Part shown: positions 26,350-40,245 of the stretch, piece after piece | Position numbering within the stretch: the first letter of the stretch is position 1 | Layout of the letters: each line of letters begins with the position of its first letter | Origin: Eledone cirrhosa | Taxonomy: Eukaryota | Reading direction: 5' to 3' | DNA length: 64,000 nt | Assembly (NCBI GenBank): GCA_964016885.1 | Contig: OZ024741.1 | Coordinates: forward strand, 158,038,001 to 158,102,000 | Translations under genes and position numbers: made by a program | Notes under the pieces: generated by a model | What the model was told of the DNA's origin: nothing | The model's input: the letters and a program-made list of their open reading frames with translations, nothing else | The model's database searches: none

Positions 26350-26660
26350 CATGTGGCTTAGGGGTTAGAAAGTTGGTTTCACAATCATGAGGTTATGAGT
26401 TCGATTTCTGGACAGTGCAGTGTGTTGTGTCCTTGATTTAAGCAAGACACTTTATTTCACATTGCTCCAGTTCACTCAGCTGTAGAAATAAGTTGCCATG
26501 TTACTGGTGTCAAGCTATATCAGCTCTTGCCTCGTGGCATTAGTTGAGACAGGCCTAGCAAGCCAGTGGCATCTGACCTAGCATTGCCCACAACAGGACA
26601 ACTCGTCTAACCCATGCTAGCATGGAAAAATAGACGTAAAATGGTGATGATGATGATGAT
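26350..26660 (+). mobile_element. tRNA-derived SINE with RTE-type 3' tail
   Basis: A/B boxes, gtgtccttga..gcaagacac core, and tail cgtctaacccatgctagc...(GAT)n shared with the RTE LINE. Relatives at ~27450-27740(-), 46080-46190(-) and 61225-61520(+). Confidence 0.7.
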
Positions 26661-27020
26661 TTTGATAGCTGAGTTATGAAACAGATAAGCTAACTAGAAT
26701 TTCATACTCAGTAACTAACTAACTAAATAAATAAATAAATATATAACAAATGTTTGCAAATGCTTATAATGTACTTATTTTTCAAAAATATTGTTTAAAG
26801 AGTATTGAAGTAATATCCCTTGAATGTTTTTTAAGTCCCTTTGAGAAAGTTGTTGTCTACTAATTGCAAGTATAATTGAAGATTTTCAACTCTCTATTTT
26901 ATATATGTGAGGCTCTACCATATGTTGTGATGGGTGATAGATTCTCCATCAGTTTGATGATTAGCATGCAGTTATTTGATCAACTGAACGTCCAACTTGT
27001 GAATTAATGTGTATTATTTA

Positions 27021-27212
27021 AGGGCGGTGGATTGGCAGTATCGGTAGAGGGTCGGACGCCATGCTTTCCAGCATGGTTACGTCCCTTTACGATCTGAGTT
27101 CAAATCCCGCCGAGGTTGACTTTGCCTTTCATCCTTACGGGGTCGATAAAATAAAGTACCAGTAATGCACTGGGTAATTGCTGGCCTTGTGCCTAAAGTA
27201 GAAACAATTATT
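27021..27212 (+). mobile_element. SINE (MetaSINE/Sauria-like domain), young copy
   Basis: B-box gagttcaaatcc and gttgactttgcctttcatcctt..ggtcgataaaat core. About a dozen copies in the window. Confidence 0.8.
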
Positions 27213-27837
27213 TAGACATATATTGAGCGAGACACAATATGTGACAAGGCTGGACATTTGAATTGCAAGTACTATCCATACAATGGGCTTCTATACAGTT
27301 TCTGTCTCCCCAATTTCACTCAACCAAGATTATGCTAAAACCACTTGCTGAAGATGTCATGCTGCAAGATTGAATCCAGGATATCATGATTACAAAGTGG
27401 ACTCCATAATCATTCAGCTATGCCTGAGTCCACAATCGTATGGAGTGTGTGTTTCGAATCTATGTTGGTTCTAAACAAGAGAACCAACATGCAAGTGACT
27501 GAGCATTCCACAAACACATGTACCCTTAATGTAGTTCTTAGGGTGGTTCAGCATGACACACTGTATGACAAGGCCAGTACTTTAAACTACAGATACAACT
27601 CATTTTCTTTTAGTGGAGTTGAAGACTGGTGTAACATGAAATCAAATGTCTTGCTCAAGTACTCAACACATTGCCAGGAACTGAACTCATGACCTTATCA
27701 TGAGCCAAACACCCTAACCACTAAGCTATATGCCTTCACTTGTATGTAGTGTGCAAAGCTAGATTAGCTATTAAACAAAATAAGCACATGCTTAGGGCAT
27801 AGAGAGAAAAAGGTCATCATTTTAATAAAATTAAGTA

Positions 27838-28147
27838 TAGTGGAACTTCAGTTTATGAACACCTCGCATCATGAACAAATTGGTTCATGAATAATTTTTC
27901 CAAACATAAAATGTTTCAGTTGACAAATGGTGTCTCAAGTAAAGAACACTCAAGCTAGCAACAAGCTGGGAATATCAGCGGGAAAGCGTCACTTGCTGTG
28001 TAGTTAGTTATTATAATAATATCTATCTGTCTTTCACATACAGTCATTCTCTCACTGTATATTTCTCTCAACATTTTGTATGGGGGAAAATAGTTTCAGT
28101 TTATGAACATTTCGGATGAATTAGGTTCATGAACCAATGTTCCACTG
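27838..28147. mobile_element. Tigger/pogo-like MITE
   Basis: TA|tagtggaacttcagtttatgaac ... gttcatgaaccaatgttccactg|TA. Confidence 0.7.
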
Positions 28148-28302
28148 TATATTTATCATTCCAAAACATTATTTTTTGCTGACTTTATATATGGCGGGGA
28201 GCACCATAATCTTATAAGTGCTTTGGGCCTCAAAGGGACTTAATCCTTGGTAGTATCAATGATAATAATACAACACATGTGTTTGTATATATATATATAT
28301 AT

Positions 28303-28903
28303 ATAATCTGAGTTTTTCGAATATTAATAATATTCAATTCGTTTGCAATTATACAAACAAGCTTCAATTTTATAGCCATGTCAGTAGAATGAACCCTTCA
28401 TTCTTGCTCTTGTGTCGAAAAACTCAGATTACATTTATTGTATTCAGTCATGTAGAGCAAAATTTTCTTTTTTATTTGAATTTGGCAAAGCCGGCCATTT
28501 ATCGCTCGTATACAGGAAACTGACTGGCCAGTCTGCTGATATGCAAATCTGGCTGATCAGTGGATCTGCTAATATACAGATCTGACTGATCAGCCAGTCT
28601 GCTAGTATGCAAATCAGGCTGATCAGTCACTGTGTATTTTTGAAAATAGCATATATTCTCACTAGTTCTGACAGTTTGGCAGGTGAACAGTGAGCTGTAC
28701 TGATGAAGGGTGATACCCAGAAACATTAGTGTCTGCAGTTCTGTTAGCATGCCAACACAAGAGCAAGAATGAAGGGTTCATTTTACTGACATGGCTATAA
28801 AATTGAGGCTTGTTTGCATAATTGCAAACGAATTGAATGTTATTATTAATATTCGAAAAACTCAGATTACATTTATTGTATTCAGCCATGTAGAGCGAAA
28901 TTT

Positions 28904-28909
<6 letters not shown>
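28303..28909 (+). mobile_element. Non-coding HHR element: inverted segment + partial tandem + 438-nt monomer
   Basis: Direct repeats start at 28415 and 28853. 28303-28415 is the reverse complement of ~28754-28870. (TA)n flanks. Confidence 0.8.
28693..28740 (+). ncRNA. Type I hammerhead ribozyme
   Basis: agctgta-CTGATGA-a-GGGT(gat)ACCC-a-GAAA-CATTAGTG-T-C-tgcagtt: 7-bp stem I, GUC triplet. Confidence 0.85.
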
Positions 28910-28968
<59 letters not shown>

Positions 28969-28989
28969 ATATATACAAAAACACCACAT

Positions 28990-30422
28990 ATATATATACA
29001 TGTATAGGGGAGCAGTCAGCAAAGTTAGGATTAGCAATGAGTATAGCGAGGAATTTAGCGTACAGGCTGGGGTCCACCAGGGCTCTGTTCTTAGCCCCCT
29101 CCTGTTCATCATAGTCCTGCAGGCAATAACGGAGGAGTTTAAGACCGGATGCCCATGGGAACTCCTGTATGCTGATGACCTCGCACTCATAGCTGAATCT
29201 ATGGTAGAACTAGAGAATAAATTCCAAACCTGGAAGCAGGGACTAGAAAGAAAGGGTCTCAAAGTCAACATGACAAAGACTCAGGTCCTTGTAAGTAGAC
29301 GAGAAAACAGAACCCAGATCCCCTCAGGGAAATGGCCTTGCTCAGTATGTAGGAAAGGTGTAGGTAGGAACTCCATTCTCTGCCCCAAATGCAAACAATG
29401 GGTACACAAGAGATGTAGTGGGATCTCAGGAAGCTTAATTAAGAATGTAGGATTCACATGCAGCAGCTGTGCTGAAACAGTAAGCAGCAAACAGCCACAG
29501 GAAACAAGTACCACCAATCTCTGGGAGGGCCCTGTAGAAACAGTAGACAGCTTCTGCTACCTAGGTGACCAAATTAGCAACAGAGGTGGGTGTTCAGAAA
29601 GTACAATAACTAGGGTAAGAACGGGATGGAAGAAGTTTAGGGAACTACTACCACTGCTAGCTGCAAAAGGCTTCTCCCTCAGAATGAAAGGCAGACTGTA
29701 TGATGCGTGTATCCGAACAGCGATGTTGCATGGTAGTGAGACCTGGGCGCTGAAGGTGGAAGACTTACGTAGATTAGAGAGAAACGAAGCCTGCATACTC
29801 CGATGGATGTGTAACAGTAATATACGTGAACGACAAAGCATAAATGAATTGAGAGAGAGACTGAGCATAAGAGGAATCAAATGCTGTGTGCAGGAGAGGC
29901 GGTTGCGCTGGTATGGACATGTGATGCGTATGAAGGATGACAGCTGCAGAGCACTAGAAGTCGATGGAAACCGCGGAGTGGGGAGACCCAAGATGACCTG
30001 GGATGAGGTGATAAAAGCCGACCTTACCCAATTACACCTCTCAAAGACAATGACACACGACCGTGACTTCTGGCATCACGCAGTAATACAGAGTACCCGA
30101 CCTCCCATGGGTACATGCTGAAGCATATAAACAATATGCCCCCACACCCCCCACCGCAAGGTGGTCGTGGAGGTGCCACGGCAAAAAAGCACCCAGCCCA
30201 CACTGTAAAGTGGACGTGTAGGAGCCACGAAAAAGCACCCAGCACTCACTGTAAATGAGGTTGGTGTTAGGAAGGGCATCCAGCTGTAGAAATCAAGCCA
30301 GATCAGTTCCTGTATGAGCAAGGCATGGTCAGCCGACCAGACACTGCACACAACAGGACAACCCGTCTAACCCATGCTAGCGTGGAAGAACGGACGTAAA
30401 ACGGTGATGATGATGATGATGA
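28990..30422 (+). mobile_element. RTE LINE, 5'-truncated, open RT C-terminal ORF (28964-30121)
   Basis: GVHQGSVLSPLLF and LLYADD motifs, PHD-like Cys-rich insert, (GAT)n tail. Confidence 0.9.
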
Positions 30423-31299
30423 TATATGATCATCATCATTGTTTTTACATGTTTGTCCATGCTTGCATGGGTTGAACCGATCCTCTTCAGCACAGCATCT
30501 CTCCACTCATGGCACTCCTTCATCTTCCCAGTGAGTCTCAGCAATTTTAGATCAGCTCTCACCACCTCCACCCAGGTCTTCCTTGGTCTGCCTCTACAAA
30601 GTTGACCTCAGGGGAATTTGAACTCAGAATGTAAAGAGTCAGAATAAATATTGCAATGGTATTTTATCCAACACACACTATCAATGCTGCCAATCCACCA
30701 CCTTTGCACTGGTTTTATATTACAAACAGTTCACCAAGCTGAATATGTTAGTTTGGCATGCAGACAAGAAGTTTGACATTTCAAGTAGAACTCTTCAATG
30801 AAGAAAGTAAATTACCACATGTTTTGTTTGAGAGAGAGAGAATGAATGTGTTACTGTTGTTGTGGCCACTGCTGTAAGATTGTAAGGTTCTAAGGATTCT
30901 CTCTTCTCCCTCATGGCAAAATAACTTATTCCACCACTTTATGAGTTGTCTGTATTTACTATCTTTGAATTGTATTGTTTCACTATAGTCTTGTAAATTT
31001 GATCTAGTTTCATAGTGTACATACACACACATGCAAGTATGCAGACGTCAATGGTTAGGACTTTTAAAACTAAGTTTTTGTTTATAATTTAGTTATTTTT
31101 GCTTGTTAGTTTTTTACTTACAACTCGGTGATGGGTTAAGGTCAGAGCTCTTGGCCCTTTTAAAACAAGTACAACTTAAGATAGAAAATAAAATCATATA
31201 TGTGTGTATATTTATCTCTCTCTTCTTGTTATATAATTAAGAATGTTTTTACAAAGAGGTACAGAAAAGAACTACAGTTATATAATATGTTTGATACAT

Positions 31300-32410
31300 T
31301 AAACGTTTATCTTCCACGCTAGCATGGGTTTAGACAGGAATTGTCCCACTTGAGGCAAGATTGGTCGTCTCGCTCGTACGGGACTGTCTGGCAGGTTTTC
31401 TACGGCTGGATGCCCTTCCTAACGCTAACCACGTTTACAGTGTGGACTGGGAGGTTTTTACCGTGTTACCTACACGGCCACATTACAGCGTGGACTGTGT
31501 GTTTTTTTTGTCATGACACCTAAACGACCTCATTTATTTAGGACTGGATGTTGTGGTACCAACATAGCTTTACAGAGAAAGGGGTAGTGTTGAAGGGGAT
31601 GGGGGTGGGGGAGTTGGGATAGTGGGATGGGGTTGTATATTTGATTAAGAGGTGCCTACTGACTGTAGGTTTTGCTTTGTACTTAGGCAAAGCGGGTTTT
31701 CTGTATTAATGCGTAGCGCCAAAGATCTCGGTCCAGTTACATTGTCTTAGAGAGGTGTAAGTGTGCAAGGTCGGAATTTATCAAATCGTCCCAGGTTTTT
31801 CTGGGTCTGCCTACTCTGTAACTTCCGTCAATTTTGATCGCCCTGCACTTTTTTATACAGCTGTCGTCTTTCATGCGCATCACGTGACCATACCAACGTA
31901 GTCTTCTCTCAAGTAAACAGCATCTGATCCCTCTTATTCCTAATTTCTCACTTAGTTCATTTATGCTTTGCTGTTCACGTTACACATCCAGCGGAGCATC
32001 CATGCTTCACTCCTCTCCAGTCTGCGCAGATCCTCTGAACACAATGCCCATGTCTCACTGCCATGTAACATAGCTGTTCGTATGCAGGCATCATACAGTC
32101 TCCCTTTCATTTTTAGAGAGAAACCTTTAGCGGCCAATAGTGGTATAAGCTCTCTGAACTTTTTCCATCCCGTTCTGACTCTGGCTACTGTATTTTCTGA
32201 GCACCCTCCACCACTGCTGATTTTGTCACCCAGGTAACGGAAGGTGTCCACTATTTCTATAGAGTCATCTGGTCAATAAAAGGAGCTAGTTTCCTGTGGG
32301 CACTTGCTACTTATTGCACCTGAGCACTGGCCACATATAAAATCTACGTTCTTAGATAGCTTACTTGTGATCCCACTACATCTTTTATGCACCCATACTT
32401 TGCATTTGGG
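31300..32410 (-). mobile_element. RTE LINE 3' fragment
   Basis: FRYLGD..GGGC..RVRTGWKKFREL motif. Same subfamily as 21420-22210. Confidence 0.85.
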
Positions 32411-33779
32411 ACATAAATATTTATTTCATTTAGAAATAATTTCTACAGGACTAGAAATGTTTCATTCATTTGAAATTATCAGGATATTCTATTTTCTTTG
32501 CTAGCAAAAGTTGGACATATCGTCATAAGATAAGGCAGTACTTAATTGGTGTTACTGACCTCTCAGATGGATGAAAGGCTGCATCTTACTTATATATGAT
32601 CCCATACTTAACAGAATGTACTGTGGGCATTTGATTGTGGCACTAACACAAAGGAGGCTGTCATATCTTTTATATATATGTATAGTAATAAAAACTTGGT
32701 ATAAAATATCCAAGGGTTTAGAGCACACATTGCCCAGGTCTCACTATCATGCAACATTGCTGTTCATATGCACATATCATACAATCTGCCTTTCATTCTG
32801 AGGGAAAAGCCTTTTGTGACCAGCAGAGGTAGTAGCCCCCTGAACTTCTTCCATCTTGTTCTTATTCTGGCTAATGTACACCCACCGCTGCTAATTCGAT
32901 CACCCAGGTACCAGAAGGAGAAAGTCTAACATTGACCAAGCACTCTTGAAGATTAGGTTGTCAACGCATTGGAGACATGACGGAAATCTGTGAGATGGGC
33001 TAACCCTGAGCATATATAGAAGCTCAGGAATCAGTGGGTAATTCCTGAATATAAAAAAACCTTGATGGGCCTCAGTTGCCTCAATGTTCTTCAATAACTG
33101 CTCAAGGCTAACCATCTTGGATTGGAAAATTGACTGAAAAGCAAGATCTGTAATTGGGGACCCTAAGGAGCACCATGCTGATGGAGGAGGGACTGCAACA
33201 GAAGGGAAAGACTCTGCAAACAGGTCTATTCTCTGTTGATGTTCAGAAGTCGGGTGGTTGAAAATCCAGAGCTCTCATTTGGAGCTATTGACCTGGAGAC
33301 ACTAACGACCAATCTCTTCAATCTTTAAGGAAATTGAGGGTCTTAGTTACATATATATGTATGTGTGTCTGTGAGTGTATGTGTGTTTGTTTTTATCTAT
33401 GTATCAATTTATATGTTTATATATCAACGTAGTCCTACTTTTGTCCTTCCTATTTGACCCTTGATTTCAACATGAAAAGAATTTAAAGGAAGAAAACAAA
33501 TAATATGAATAATGTGATAGTAACGTGTTACCATAGGAACAGCAAGATACTTTCATTTGATAGTAGCACTATCATCATCATCATCATCATCGTCATCATC
33601 ATCATCAAAAACAGCAGCAACAGCAACTAGACATGATTAATGCTGGTGTTTGTGTTCATGCTGTTGTAAGGATGAAATTTCAGCTCATTGATATTAATGT
33701 TTGCCTATCTATCTGTTTGTCTGTCTGCCTGCTGGAAGGGTGGGTGGACGGGGTAAAAAATGGGTGGATTAGTATGGCT

Positions 33780-33845
<66 letters not shown>

Positions 33846-34012
33846 TGTTATCTACTCTCACCTATCACACTATTCTTTACCTCCTCACTCTGTAAAATTC
33901 AAGACCTCTGCACACATATTCAAATGCACACACAAACACACTGGCATATGTTCCCACACATACAAACATACTAACTAATACAAGCATATGTACATACATT
34001 CACACACACACC

Positions 34013-34044
<32 letters not shown>

Positions 34045-34321
34045 TATATATCGAATATACACATGTATTTTCTCAAACAAATGTTTTTCCATTTCTTCCT
34101 CTTCTCATTCTCTTTCTTTCTATTTCATCCTATCTTATAATAATAATTGTTTCTACTTTTGGCACAAGGCCTGGCACTTTATTTTATCGACCCCGTAAGG
34201 ATGAAAGGCAAAGTAAACCTCGGTGGGATTTGAACTCAGAATGGCAAGGACCGTAACTCTCTATGCGTCAAAGCATGGCGTCCGACCCTCTACCGATACT
34301 GCCAATCCACCGCCTTATCTT

Positions 34322-37300
34322 ATAATAATAATGAAATTATTGTGTACAGTGCTCAGGTGCACTACAACTCGTTAAAGGTGCATGCATAATACATAGAATA
34401 ATACACAAATGTCAGGGAAGTGAATAGTGTATGAGTCATGATATACATGTGTGTATGTGTATGGAGGGGGAACATTAGGTGTAGTGTTGGCGAATCTCGG
34501 GAAGCATGGAGGCCTTGAAGGATGCAGTGTCTCGACAGCTAACAGCCGATGCAGGTAGTTTGTTCCATACTTCAGCAACTCTGAGCATGAAAAAATGTTT
34601 CCGAAAGTCATGGGAGCTGTGCCATTTTCTGACTTTGTGGGCATGCCCACATATGTTAGACACATGGAAATCAAAAAGGTACTCAGGGTTGTTGTTGGCA
34701 AGATGGTTAACAATTTTGTGGGTGTTTACCAAGTCAGTTGCCAGGAGTCGGAGCTTCAATGTATCCATGCCCAGGGAAGCAAGGCGCTCAGAGTATGGTA
34801 GATGCCTGATGGAGGGTATTCGCTTGGTTGCACGTCTCTGAACAGTTTCCAGGCGGTCAATGTTCTGAGCAAAATAGGGGTTCCAGACTGGTGATGCAAA
34901 ATCTAAGTGTGGCCGCACCATAGCCATGTACTGCCTTAAATAGATAGCTGGAGAGCGGCTGACAAAGGTCTTGCTGAGTGATGCTAAGACACCCTCGGCC
35001 CTCTAGACAATTTTAGAGACGTGCTTCGTCCAATGCAAATCGCTGCTGACCGTAATGCCCAGGTCACATTCACAAGAAGACTTCTTGATATTAGTGCTGT
35101 GGAGGGAGTCTGTGGACGCTGAGTTTTTACTCCCAAAATGCATGGTGGTGCACTTGTCCACAGCTAACTTGAGTTGCCAGTCTGAGATCCATTGTTGCAT
35201 TGTGTCCAGGTCAGACTGCAAGCAAGATCTATAGTGTGAAGGATCTGTCCTTTTTATCTCAAGGTACAGCTTGATGTCATCTGCGTACTTTAGTACTGTG
35301 GCATTCTTTAAGTTGGCATCTATGTCATTAATATATGCCACAAACAAAAGGGGGCCAAGAACAGATCCCTGTGGTACACCAGATGACATCTCATATGGTG
35401 AGGAATGCTGTCCCAGAACCGTGACTACCTCTTTTCGGCTGAGAATGAAGGATTCAACCAGTTAAAAAGATCATCCTTCACACCCATTGCAGAGAGTTTT
35501 GCCATAAGCCTTTTGTGTGGCACAGAATTCAAAGCTTTCGCAAAGTCAAGGTAAACAACATCCACCCATGAGCCGCCATCAGTGATCCGGGTGATGTCTT
35601 CAAGAAACTCGATAAGTTGATCACAGCAGCTGGAGTTGGGGATAAATCCAAATTGTGAGGGCCGGATAAGACTGTGGGAGTTCCAGAAGTTCCAAAGTGT
35701 TTCTCTGACACAGGATTCCATCAGTTTGGCAATGCAACTAGTAAGACTGACTGGACGATAGTCCACAGGTGATGTGCGGTCACCCTTTTTGAACAGAGGA
35801 ATGACACTGGCAGTTTTCCACTGTTCTGGAGTAGCACCGTTGTTCAGACAGAATTGGAAGAAGCGTGATAACTGGTGCAGAAGGAGGTACCCACCACGTT
35901 TAAGAAGCAGGTACATAACACCATCAAGACCAGGAGAGGCATGGTTGCGTTTATTTTTTAGGTGACGTCGCAGAATTGCAGGTGCAAATTCCATGGTTGT
36001 AATAGAATCCGGTGTCATAGGTGGTGGAGATGGTACACTCTGGTCTTCAATAGTGAAAATGTCTGCATAGCATTCAGCAATGAGCTCTGCGCATTCCTTG
36101 GGGTTGTCAGTAACATTAATGTCTGATTTGTGCAGTTTGTACTCACGTTCAGCATTGCGACATTCTTTTCTGGCAAGACAGACTGCTGCAGTCTCCCAAA
36201 TTGCACTTTTGGGATGTTTTTTCCACTTACGTGGCACCGATGCTGCACATGCTGTCCATATTGAGCTCAGGATGTTCTGGAGTACAGTGTTGACATCTCC
36301 AGAGTCGTAGAACTTAACCCAGTTTGGCCGTTGAAACTCGGTGCAGTAACAGTTTCAGTCTGCTTTATTCCAGTCAAAGTAAGCAGTTTGGAGATGGTTG
36401 TGGTTCTTGTTACTGCCCATGAGGGATAGATTGGCAATGATCATAGCATGATCAGAGTCACCTAAAGGTTCCTCAGCAGTAACACTAATGACCGTTTCAG
36501 GAGTAGTGGTGAAGAGTAGGTCCAAAGTGTTGTCACCTCTTGTTGGGGAGGTGACTACTTGGGACCAATTCGAGTCCAGCACTAGCTCAAGGAAATCATT
36601 TGCACTTGGCGGCCAACGAAAGGTTTCCCAGTCAATCTCAGGGTGATTGAAGTCTCCTGCAATGAAAACATAAGTGGCTGTTTTCCTGGCAGCAGCTCTG
36701 AGGATATCACGAAGTTGAGTGTCCTGAAGGTAATTTGGAGGACGGTAAACGACTCCAAGTAGCAGTGTTGACATGGGCATACGTATATTGCAGAAAAAAA
36801 CTTCCTGCTGTGATTGGTTCAAATCAACACAACGAATTGCCGACAAATTTGACCGAACGTAGACCATTACACCACCACCACCACGATTAATGCGGTCTTT
36901 ACGAAACAAGTTGTAGCCAGTTATGCTGAAAACCCTATCACAGAGTAAGGGATGTGCCCAAGTTTCCGTGACTGTAATGAAGTCAGGGTTGATACTTTTG
37001 ACGTAGGAGTCAAAAAGATGAATCTTATTGCATAGACTACGTGCATTCAAGGACAACAATTTGTACCTTGATTCCAGTATATGATTATGTGCAGGGGATG
37101 GCAGTTTGTTCTGATTTATTTTCCCAGAGTTTTTTCAGTTTCTTTATTGTCAGTTGTTGTGGGTACAGTGTTTTCAGACCAGCTGGTATCTCTTTTCCAT
37201 GTTTCACCAGCCTTAACAAACTTCCATATCTGCCCATCATCACGTAGGCTGAAGCTTTCGTGTTCTGCTGAGCTGCGGTTTAAGGAAGCTGCAGCACGCA

Positions 37301-37420
37301 ACTTTGGGCGTACATCAGGTGGAAGACCAGGGTGTGTTTGGAAAGCAATCCAAGTTTCACGCCTAGCTTTATCAGAGGCTACAAGGTATGAACGTGCCTC
37401 GGTTGAGTTTTCCTACACTT
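34322..37420 (-). mobile_element. CR1-group LINE, near-complete ORF2 pseudogene
   Basis: Endonuclease (LNARSL, TETW, GDFN, LDLLF, SDH) and RT (DFAKA, SGVPQGSVLGPLLF, YADD) motifs, C-terminal RPHLDFASPVWNP, (TTA)n tail. Confidence 0.9.
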
Positions 37421-38009
37421 TTCCTATTATATCAAGCGTTAAACTAATATATTTCTTCATTGTATAGAGTTTGCTTTGTTATTTACTTTTTGCATACACT
37501 GACACGCACACAAATAATATATATATATATATATATATGTATATATCATCATCATCATCATCATTTTACATCCACTCTTTACATATATATACGTCCGATC
37601 TTTAAGTTATATATATATAACTTCTTTTACTTGTACACATCCATTACGGGTGCGTTAACAAAGTTCCTCTTCCAGCTCAACCTGTCTGGCATTGGTGTCT
37701 CAAATTCCCTTGCTCCCAACCCGATGTTAGTGGGTTCATTATGATGTTTCGAACTATGTACACACTCAAACGCATCTCATATCACAATTGTTAATATCTT
37801 TGCTTTCCTTCAACTGTGAATATCCTTGTTTTCCTGTGTTATCACAAGAACCTTGCAGTAGGTTATCTATATTCTATATAAATAAAAGTCGAATCATGTC
37901 TGTCCGTGTGTCAGTCTGCTTGTGAGATGAATGAGTTAAAATGAAGGAAGGGAGCTGGTGAAAATTCTATGGTGAAAAGAAAAATCAGCGTTTCAACTTT
38001 TGCACAAAG

Positions 38010-38056
<47 letters not shown>

Positions 38057-38229
38057 AGTGTGTGTGTGTGTGTGTGTGTGTGAATTTATGAGTGTGTAAA
38101 AGGGAGGAAGGGGAATAGTGTAAAAAAAAATGATCATCATCATCATCATCACCATCTTCTTCATCAACATCATCATCATCATCATTATCTTTGTCATGAT
38201 CATCACTGTCTTAATATTCTGTTAAGGGA

Positions 38230-39305
38230 CAGTGTGGCACTGGGGATATAGGATGGTAAAATATAGCAATGAGGAGATAGGTTGGTAAAATATGGCACTT
38301 CAAAGATAGAGTGCTGCACTTTGGCACTTCAGAGCTAGGTTGGCACAGTATGGCACTGCAGAGCTAGGGTGTCACACTATGGCACTGGGAAGCTTAAGTG
38401 ACACAATATGGAAATATGGAGCTACAGTGGAGCAGTATGACGATGGTGACATAAGGCACTTTGAAGCTAAGGAGGCCACACTATGGCACTGCGGGGCTAG
38501 GGAGGCACATTATGACACTGGGTGGTTAGAATTTCGCAGTATGACAATGGGCAGATAGCGTGGCAATATACGGCACTTCGGAGCTAGGGTGCGGCACTTC
38601 GGAGCTAGGGTTCCGCACTATGGCACTGCGTACTAAGGAGGCATACTATGGAACTGGGAAGTTTGGGTGACACAGTATCGAAATATGGCGCTAGGCTGAC
38701 ATACTCTGGCAATGGTGAGATAGGGTGGAAAAATATGGCACTTTGAAGCTAGGGTGCCGCACTATGGCACTGCGTAGCTAGGGTGGCACTGGAAAGTTTA
38801 GTTACACAGTATGGAAATATGGCACTAGGATGTTGCAGTATGGCAATGGGAAGATAGGTTGGGAAAATACGACAATTCGGAGCTTGGTTGTCGCACTATG
38901 GCACTGCGGTGATAGGGTGACATACCATGGCACTAGGAAGTTTGAGTGGCACAATGTGAAAATATGCAACTAGGATGTTGCAGTATGGCAATGAGGACAT
39001 AGGATGGCAAAATACGGCACTTTGGAGCTAGGGTGCCACACTATGGCACTGTGGGACTACGGTGGAACACTATAGAAGTGGGGAGCTTCAGTCGCACAGA
39101 ATGGAAATATGGAGCTAGGGTGATCCCCTATAGCAATGGGGAGATAGTGTAGCAAGATATGGCACTTTGTAGCTAGGGTGCCGCACTATGGCACTGTGGA
39201 GCTAGGGTGATACACTATGGAACTGTAGAGCTTAGTGACACAGTATGGAAATATGGAACTAGGATGTCGCAGTATGGCTATGGGGGGATAGGGTGGCAAA
39301 ATACG
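38230..39305. repeat. Satellite: 29-bp monomers in a 5-mer (~145 bp) higher-order repeat
   Basis: Monomer approximately tatggcactgcggagctagggtggcacac. The same subunit order recurs at ~39010, 39155 and 39299. Confidence 0.85.
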
Positions 39306-39405
39306 CTACTCATGTCTAAGGTGTGACTCCGGGGCTCCGGAGCACGCTGTGGTGGATAAATGTTATTCTTTGTTGGGTGTTTGATAAAAAGAATAATGCC
39401 AGGAC

Positions 39406-39739
39406 TGTGATGTTGACAATGTTTATTTTACAATAACAATATGTGACAGAATTTATCACTACATTAATTACTGGCTAGCTACTTCGAGCTAGCGTGAATG
39501 CATGTATCAATACATAACAATATATAACAGGGAGGCGGAAGAATAGATGAAGCATATAAGTAAACAATATCAAACTTACTACGTGTGTGTGTCTATTTTT
39601 AGAATACGTTATTCGTCTCAAGGACTGCTGCTTCATGGTCTCTTGTCTGTTGGCGTAGTCTGTGGCCGAGAAGGTGAGAGCCAATAAACCAAGGAGAGAG
39701 AGATAGAGTGAAAGATCAGCTACATCGTTAACCTTAACA
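39406..39739 (-). mobile_element. Probable solo LTR
   Basis: TG...CA ends, AATAAA near the 3' end on the - strand, near-TSD aggac/cggac. Confidence 0.5.
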
Positions 39740-39744
39740 CGGAC

Positions 39745-40245
39745 AGCTTGCTTCGTAGCCTGGCTGCTGGATTTCCCATGTCCTTGTATTTATAATAACC
39801 CTATAGCTAGAAGGATGTGTATATGTGTTGTTTTATGGGTAGCTATCTGTGTTTCCTCTGTCTACAAGCTGGGGTCACAGGTCAAGTGGTATGTACTTTT
39901 ATCATACTTGTTTCTTGACATGACAATCGTGGGAACTTCCAATAATAGGTGGTCCCAGAGGCGAGAACTCTTAGATTCGGTTTCGAATCTTCGCCGGTAA
40001 GACATAGGAATATTCCGTTACAATGCAATAAGATAGCAGACAGAGAGAATGTGAGCTTAGTGTCCGGCGAAACGGAAGTGTCGGCGACCGGTGACCGGCA
40101 ACCGAGCTGGATGTCCTGGAGGTGCTCTGCGAACCGGTCCACCAATCGCCGTCCTGTGTGTCCCATGTAGACAGCTCCGCATAGCATGCAGTGGAGTCCG
40201 TAGACAAGGCTGGAGGAGGTACAGCAGAAGGAGTGTCGGACATGA
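39745..40245 (-). mobile_element. Penelope-like element 3' end: GIY-YIG endonuclease fragment + degenerate minimal HHR
   Basis: FCCTSSSLVYGLHCMLCGAVYMGHTGRRLVDRFAEH in ORF 39882-40256. On the - strand ~39969-40002: tctta-CCGGCGA-agattc-GAAA-ccgaa-TC-taaga. Confidence 0.8.

Noticed and set aside
38230-39305. CRISPR-like periodicity (29-bp units)
   Set aside because: No unique spacers, no cas genes, eukaryotic context.
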